DNA of 12,282 nt. Source: a bacterium (GTDB lineage Bacteria; UBA10199; 2-02-FULL-50-16; JAJFLM01). The translations under genes and the position numbers were made by a program. Below the pieces are notes generated by a model that worked only from the letters and a program-made list of their open reading frames with translations, made no database searches and had not been told where the DNA came from. The DNA lies in assembly GCA_965216315.1 (NCBI GenBank), contig CBDCFN010000001.1, forward strand, positions 1 to 12,282. Reading direction: 5' to 3'. This document shows positions 7,378-12,282 of the stretch, one piece after another. The stretch's first letter is position 1, and every line of letters starts with the position of its first letter.

Positions 7378-10269
7378 TTACCATCTCCATGAGGAATAAA
7401 GAGCGCCTAGTTCCTTGCCTGCTTGAGATCCAAGCCTCTCTTCTACGGATAGAACAAAGTATCTTGCCAGTAACGGAAGTACTGGATATCGCTCCAATGC
7501 TGTTATGCCACCTACGAGCTTCTCGTCGGCCCACGCAGATACGGTACCGGGATCGGATGCAACTCTAAGGCACAATTCAGAAAACCATGTTATTGATTCA
7601 AAAGGTGAAGACTTCTGAAACATACGGTGTTTTTCCAGAGCGTACTCAAACCATGATTTCCTTTGAAAGGTGGCAAGTGGCGAGACCTGATCTAGTTCAG
7701 TGAATATGAAATGTGCAATACTACCGAATTTCCAGTAATCTGAGAGTTCGATTAACATTCTTTTGAGTGCAACACGTTCAGGACGATTTGCATATTGACA
7801 CTCCATGTCCAGCCATTCCGCTCCCCCGAAGATTGCAAACAATCTCTGTAGCATATTTAACACCACGGAACGCTTGATTAGGACTGCTTTCAAGTCGTCG
7901 AGTGTCTTCGCATTTGCCCAAAGGTCCAGAAGTCGCATTGCACTTATTGTTTGACCGGATTGCCAAACATCGCTTTTCAACTGCGGTGTAAATCTCAGTT
8001 CTTTCAATGATAGCAGTCTAGCAGAAGGGCTTACGATAAAAGAGGTTTCATCACCATTTGCTCTTGCATGAAAAAGAACTGTGCGCTTTGTTACCTTCAT
8101 TCCTTCTACTGCTTTTTCATAGTCCAGGTCTACGGATATATCTGGAAATTCGGAGGTGAAATAGCATGTATCTTGTTTCTTAAGAGAATCGGTGTCGTCA
8201 ATTAGCATTGCAATATTTGATTTACCTTTTCTCTGTACGCTCCACCGTAGTGCAGATACTTGTCTCTCAGCACTAATGGATGCATCACCAAGTTCACCAC
8301 CGCGGATAACCACTCTACATGAATGAGCAGGATCGGTTTCGCCGCGCTTCCATTTCCTTCGAACGTGCTGAACAAACAGCTCTCTCCAATCGTCTATAGT
8401 CACAGGCAGAGTAGAGTCGATTGGAGCGCTTTCGAGAACTAGAATGCCACGCCGATCAAAAAATGAAATGATGAAGGTAATTCTTGAAGCGACAGGTCCC
8501 TGAACGGCTATATCGACATCACCATTCCAAATATCTTCATAACTCGGCTGTATAGGATCTGTAAGAACCATTAAAGGATTACATGGGCTCGATCCCATAG
8601 ACCAGTCCTGTGGCTCTCGTATATTAATGCTTATTTCGGCTGTAACAGAATTATATTCTGGTGTGCTTGAGTGCGTTAAAAGTTTTAGAGTATAGCTTCC
8701 CGTGTATAAGCGGGGAAGTTCAATGAAATGCGTATATGCAGAAGCGATGGGCACTGTCAGCTCCTGTTTCGCAAAGCCCTCAAGAGCAATAGAAATGCTC
8801 TCTATTTCCTTATTAGCGCGCACCGCTATTATAGGACGGTCAGTTGACAACCACTCTATATAACCCTCACCGTCCCATTGCGAGGGCGATACTCCCGCCG
8901 GCCAAACGTCCAGATATGTAATTTCTTTCAATCCAAGACGCTGAGCGTCATTTTGTGTAAATGGTGAAATGCCGGAATCGGAGACGTCAAACAATATGTT
9001 GGATACACCTGGGGAGGCCAATTTAATTGTCGTTCCATTAATATCGGGGAGACGTTGATCTTTACTAATTAATATATAGCTGCTTCCAGGGCGCAGAGTT
9101 CCCCCTCTTATGTATGCCGCAGTTCCATCGGAACGTAGCTTGAATAGCCAGGTATTCCCGCGGCTTCTGATTGTTATATTCTCAAACAGCTCTCGCAATT
9201 CATTGTCATGACAGTCGATTGGTTCTAGCATTGGTACATTTGACTCAGGCCATTCGCTAAGTCTGACTTCGCGGCGATAGAGAAAGTGTCCTCGGGAAAA
9301 AGGACTGCTTGATTTCGCTCCACGCACTTGACATCTTACGTTCTGGAATAGTCGCTTTAATTCGGGATCAGAAGATAGGAGAGCGCCAAATTCTGGCATT
9401 ATCGCGTACAGACTGTACTCTCCCTCGTCATTAGGTCGCAGTTGAAGCTGAGGTGACATATTGCCATACTTAATTGCAGATCGTTTTCTTTGACTGCGCT
9501 TATTATCTCGCCTTCCTTTTGTTACTCCATGAGTGATTAACTGCCGGGTTTGACGACGGATCTCTCTCAACCATTCTCTGGACGCTCGCTCGCGCCCTAA
9601 ATCACTTACAATTCGCCTGAGAGTGCGTTCAGAAATTAGTTCCCTGTTCTCACCTAATTGTTCGGCTAAGAGTGCAGAGCTGAACTGCCAGACTAAAGCA
9701 CGATTATTGAGAAAGTTGGCAAATCGGTCAGTGAGATGAAGTGATCTGGCCTCAATCGTCGCGGCCAAAAGTTCCGGATCTTCAAAATGCTCATCTCGAA
9801 GTAACGGTCGCAATCTATACAACGATTCTAGAAACTGTCGTTGTAAATCCAGAGGTAGTATCGCGTTCGTAATCGGCCATGCGATGATTCGGAAATGCAT
9901 TGCCCACGCGCCCGAAGGACTTATTCCCCTATAGGTTTGTTTGAATCTTTCAAAGGCATCGCTAATCCATTTTCTGTTTCCGCACATTTTCCAGGCGGGC
10001 AGTCTTTCTTCGAAGGTTTGCCAGTATTCATATCCCGAAAACTCGTAGCCAATTTCAGCAGCAACAACGGCACATGGTAGCCAATATTCGCTTATGTCCG
10101 TATCTTGCTGAAATGCTTGATTAACTGAAGTGAATAGATTTGTTAACTCCGTGTCATCCAATTGATGCTCTAGAGCAAACACATATGCGTGATCACCCAT
10201 GCGCTCGCGTTTAGTCCGAATTGCCGAGAACGCACCTGATAGGCGATCTTGCCATTCATGGATTCTCAT
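7378..10269 (-). CDS. Large Druantia accessory protein (963 aa) in the druB/druC position; possible fusion
   Basis: Uninterrupted ORF whose ATG overlaps the druA stop (TAATG, 10271-10267). N-terminus is Trp/Tyr-rich and helical-looking (VFALEH..YWLP..AAEIGY..EYWQTF..IIAWPITNAILPLDLQ), followed by a basic linker, a beta-strand-like middle and a helical C-terminus. Gene existence is secure; product identity is inferred from synteny. Confidence 0.65.
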   Translation of the reverse strand: MRIHEWQDRLSGAFSAIRTKRERMGDHAYVFALEHQLDDTELTNLFTSVNQAFQQDTDISEYWLPCAVVAAEIGYEFSGYEYWQTFEERLPAWKMCGNRKWISDAFERFKQTYRGISPSGAWAMHFRIIAWPITNAILPLDLQRQFLESLYRLRPLLRDEHFEDPELLAATIEARSLHLTDRFANFLNNRALVWQFSSALLAEQLGENRELISERTLRRIVSDLGRERASREWLREIRRQTRQLITHGVTKGRRDNKRSQRKRSAIKYGNMSPQLQLRPNDEGEYSLYAIMPEFGALLSSDPELKRLFQNVRCQVRGAKSSSPFSRGHFLYRREVRLSEWPESNVPMLEPIDCHDNELRELFENITIRSRGNTWLFKLRSDGTAAYIRGGTLRPGSSYILISKDQRLPDINGTTIKLASPGVSNILFDVSDSGISPFTQNDAQRLGLKEITYLDVWPAGVSPSQWDGEGYIEWLSTDRPIIAVRANKEIESISIALEGFAKQELTVPIASAYTHFIELPRLYTGSYTLKLLTHSSTPEYNSVTAEISINIREPQDWSMGSSPCNPLMVLTDPIQPSYEDIWNGDVDIAVQGPVASRITFIISFFDRRGILVLESAPIDSTLPVTIDDWRELFVQHVRRKWKRGETDPAHSCRVVIRGGELGDASISAERQVSALRWSVQRKGKSNIAMLIDDTDSLKKQDTCYFTSEFPDISVDLDYEKAVEGMKVTKRTVLFHARANGDETSFIVSPSARLLSLKELRFTPQLKSDVWQSGQTISAMRLLDLWANAKTLDDLKAVLIKRSVVLNMLQRLFAIFGGAEWLDMECQYANRPERVALKRMLIELSDYWKFGSIAHFIFTELDQVSPLATFQRKSWFEYALEKHRMFQKSSPFESITWFSELCLRVASDPGTVSAWADEKLVGGITALERYPVLPLLARYFVLSVEERLGSQAGKELGALYSSWRW

Positions 10270-11603
10270 TAAATTCTCAATGTCTCCAAGTGTGATTCGC
10301 TATTGGGTAATCGCTTGATGTTCTCAATAAGTAGTTTTTGAAATTCTCGTGTGAGACCTTGATGTGATTTCTTTAACTCTCGCTTTATTCCAGATTGTCT
10401 AGGTATATTAAGTGAAATGTGATGAGAGTGCTTTCTAGATAACAGCTTTGCTAGATCTGTTTTCTTCCAATACAAATATTGCGGACGTCTTTCAGCACGG
10501 GGTATGAGCCATCTCTGTAAAGCCGCGGCTCCGACTTCACTCACTGATTTAAGTGATCTGTACCGCGGAATGGTCGATTTACCGGTGAGAAGACTACTAT
10601 AGTTCTCAATAAACTTACAGGCATATACCTCTCTAAAAACACCATGTCGAAGTACATCACCATTTAACCCCATAGATTCTAATGCAGCTCTCGTAACGCG
10701 AAGCTTCCAATTTGATCCACTGCCATATTCATGTCCATCCGCATAAGGATGATCAATAGCTGTAAGGTATGTCCGCAGGTCATTGAATAAACTGTTGGGG
10801 ATATGGAAATGACCCCATCCCTCAGTAAAGCCAATTGGTTCAAAGTATTTAATCCCATCTAATTGCAATCGATTGTAAACAGAGGATCTCCCCAGAGCAG
10901 AGGATGTTGTGACTAAAGAGAGCGATGCGTTCTTATGCTTCCGTGAAATTATTCCCTTTCTATTTCCATACTTGACGCGGAAGGCTCTCCGAACTTCTTT
11001 TGTCCTAATGAGACAAGCAATCATCTTCCCGCATAGCAGGAAATTGTATGGTGGTATTGCACCAACCACGTATGCATCCATGCAATTAACAAGTCGTTTC
11101 TTCCGGTCATGCGAGGACCATCCGATGTATTCATCTCGGACTCTTGAATTAAATACGGGATCACCTAATGCGAAAAGTCCTATGAGTTTTCCATTAAAGT
11201 CATCCCACACTAAGAATCGAATGCGGCGACCGTATCCACGTGAGACTGGAACGCTCCATGTAAGGCTTGCGAGCCTAAATAGGTCTGACTGCCATGTGTT
11301 GGACTCGATAAGTTCCAATCTGGGAGATACTTTTTGAGGAATGACTTCAACACCAGAGGCAAAATATTGAATGAGTTCGTCATATCTTGAGCGAATAAAT
11401 GGCATTTCATTTTTCAGGAGGTCACTTTTTTGTTTTCGATGTAACTTCCTAATGATTTTCTTTTTATCACTAGGTGGTGATATGTACCCCTGCTTATTCT
11501 TATCAAATCCTAAAGCTGAAAGATGTGTAGAGAGCTTCTTTTTTATCCTCGCTTGTACGCCATTAAGATGTGACTTATTCGCGCGTGTATTTCGTGAATT
11601 CAT
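10269..11603 (-). CDS. druA: Druantia protein DruA (DUF4338 family)
   Basis: Recognised blocks WSVPVSRGYGRRIRFLVWD, GKLIGLFALGDPVF..RDEYIGW, MDAYVVGAIPPYNFLLCGK, TTSSALGRSSVYNRL, IGFTEGWGHFH, GSNWKLR. First gene of an operon that ends in a DUF1998 helicase. Confidence 0.85.
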   Translation of the reverse strand: MNSRNTRANKSHLNGVQARIKKKLSTHLSALGFDKNKQGYISPPSDKKKIIRKLHRKQKSDLLKNEMPFIRSRYDELIQYFASGVEVIPQKVSPRLELIESNTWQSDLFRLASLTWSVPVSRGYGRRIRFLVWDDFNGKLIGLFALGDPVFNSRVRDEYIGWSSHDRKKRLVNCMDAYVVGAIPPYNFLLCGKMIACLIRTKEVRRAFRVKYGNRKGIISRKHKNASLSLVTTSSALGRSSVYNRLQLDGIKYFEPIGFTEGWGHFHIPNSLFNDLRTYLTAIDHPYADGHEYGSGSNWKLRVTRAALESMGLNGDVLRHGVFREVYACKFIENYSSLLTGKSTIPRYRSLKSVSEVGAAALQRWLIPRAERRPQYLYWKKTDLAKLLSRKHSHHISLNIPRQSGIKRELKKSHQGLTREFQKLLIENIKRLPNSESHLETLRI

Positions 11604-11622
11604 TGTTCTATTTAACTCTCAT

Positions 11623-11835
11623 TCATCGATAGATACTATATTCTTTTTCCAATAATTGATCGGCTGCCATGTTGAGCATAAAATCTGACGTAGGGAAACA
11701 ATTGATGCCTTGGCGGCGATGGAGGGAGAAACAGCCTGGATATCTCGCGAAGTCTTCTAGTTTGGATCGACTTAGGCTGTATGGCCTATCCGAATTTGGA
11801 TCATAAAGGTTGCTCTTGCGCTTACTGATAACCAT
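11623..11835 (-). pseudogene. Truncated, degenerate N-terminal fragment of a PD-(D/E)XK (RecB-family) nuclease
   Basis: NLYDPNSDRPYSLSRSKLEDFARYPGCFSLHRRQG...FMLNMAADQLLEKEYSIYR resembles a nuclease N-terminus of the type LSRSKxxxFxxCPRCFYLDRRxG...FxLNxAVDxLLKKEFDxxR (recalled pattern), with the first Cys replaced by Tyr. It stops after 70 codons, before any catalytic motif. SD-like GAGGGGG lies about 11 nt upstream of the ATG. Confidence 0.6.
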
Positions 11836-11871
11836 TCGGCTGCATTCCCCCTCACGTAATTATTCTAATGC

Positions 11872-11900
11872 AATTTATGACGAAGCCATTTAAATCTCAA
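11872..11900 (-). promoter_or_regulatory. Candidate sigma70 promoter pointing into the operon
   Basis: TTGAGA (11900-11895, 5/6 match to TTGACA), 17-nt spacer, TAAATT (11877-11872, 4/6 match to TATAAT), in an AT-rich intergenic stretch. An alternative -10 element TAGAAT lies at 11867-11862. Confidence 0.4.
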
Positions 11901-12172
11901 GCGAGATCAAGCTGTTACGCCATACAAGATAGCTGACTGATTTCATCGCCTATGGCGAGAAGTTATCCAATACCTCCCACCCACCCCATAATTTACAGCC
12001 CCGGACTGAACATCTGTCATAAGCGGGGGCTAAGGACGGTCCAGTCCTTGTCATATCGTTTGCGACGCCCTGTGGATATCTTCTACTGAGGGCAGGACAC
12101 AGAGTGATTTCCGCCACGACCACGCGGCGGCCCGCGCAAAGGGAGTGCAAGTGGGGTGCACGGACCGTGACA

Positions 12173-12204
12173 GCACGCCCCCGGCGGGCTGGCGCGGGAC
12201 GTGC
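12173..12204 (-). terminator. GC-rich stem-loop just after the upstream gene's stop (no U-tract; terminator role uncertain)
   Basis: Minus strand GCACGTCCC...GGGGCGTGC forms a 9-bp stem with one G.U pair, starting about 10 nt after the TGA at 12216-12214. Confidence 0.25.
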
Positions 12205-12213
12205 CACTCGGGA

Positions 12214-12282
12214 TCAAGCGGAGGGAGGGTTGAGAGTTTCAAGAAACTCCGTGATCGCGTCGATTTCCCGCGCAATCGCAGT
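12214..12282 (-). CDS. Probable C-terminal end of an upstream gene (5'-partial), product unknown
   Basis: Open from the right edge: TAIAREIDAITEFLETLNPPSA*, an amphipathic-helix-like sequence with many G/C-ending codons. Only 22 codons are visible. Confidence 0.4.
   Translation of the reverse strand, partial: TAIAREIDAITEFLETLNPPSA

Larger units (their letters stand above)
1..11603 (-). other. Druantia type I-like anti-phage operon with an added PD-(D/E)XK nuclease (continues beyond left edge)
   Basis: Five co-oriented genes with junctions of 1-nt overlap, 1-nt gap, 14-nt gap and 1-nt overlap. The DUF4338 plus DUF1998-helicase pairing characterises Druantia type I. No DNA methyltransferase in the window, which argues against type II. 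Confidence 0.8.

Noticed and set aside
6529..10080. Short ORFs overlapping the two accessory genes
   Set aside because: 60-64 aa alternative or antisense frames within long, tightly coupled ORFs.
10909..11655. Plus-strand ORFs of 142 and 94 aa and a nested 66-aa minus-strand ORF
   Set aside because: They overlap druA and show no protein-like motifs.
11963..12079. Two DnaA-box-like 9-mers (TTATCCAAT; ATATCCACA on minus strand)
   Set aside because: Both imperfect and about 100 nt apart, with no origin-like context.
12136..12232. Superficial cobalamin riboswitch resemblance (AAAGGGAG..TGCAAGT..GCCACT)
   Set aside because: Core paired elements and the AGxxAGxAxACC box are not recognisable, and no plausible regulated gene follows.
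11950..12275. Minus-strand ORFs of 85 and 74 aa
   Set aside because: Pro/Arg/Ala-rich translations typical of GC-rich non-coding DNA; they straddle the composition boundary.

Overview
Nearly the whole window (1-11603, minus strand) is one tightly packed operon that reads as a Druantia-type anti-phage system. In transcription order it encodes: a DruA/DUF4338-family protein (444 aa); one large 963-aa protein where type I systems carry two genes (druB, druC); a ~358-aa DruD-sized protein; and a ~1,848-aa DEAH helicase with a C-terminal DUF1998 domain (DruE), split by a single +1 frameshift near 3255-3269. A fifth gene, absent from the ORF track because it runs off the left edge (738 to <1), overlaps the druE stop codon (TAATG). 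It encodes a RecB/Cas4-like PD-(D/E)XK nuclease, which is not among the originally described Druantia type I-III genes, so this may be an extended variant. Upstream lie a decayed 70-codon fragment of another PD-(D/E)XK nuclease, a sigma70-like promoter and an abrupt rise to ~70% GC near 12100, suggesting the edge of an acquired defence island. All family calls come from motif recognition and gene order, not database searches.
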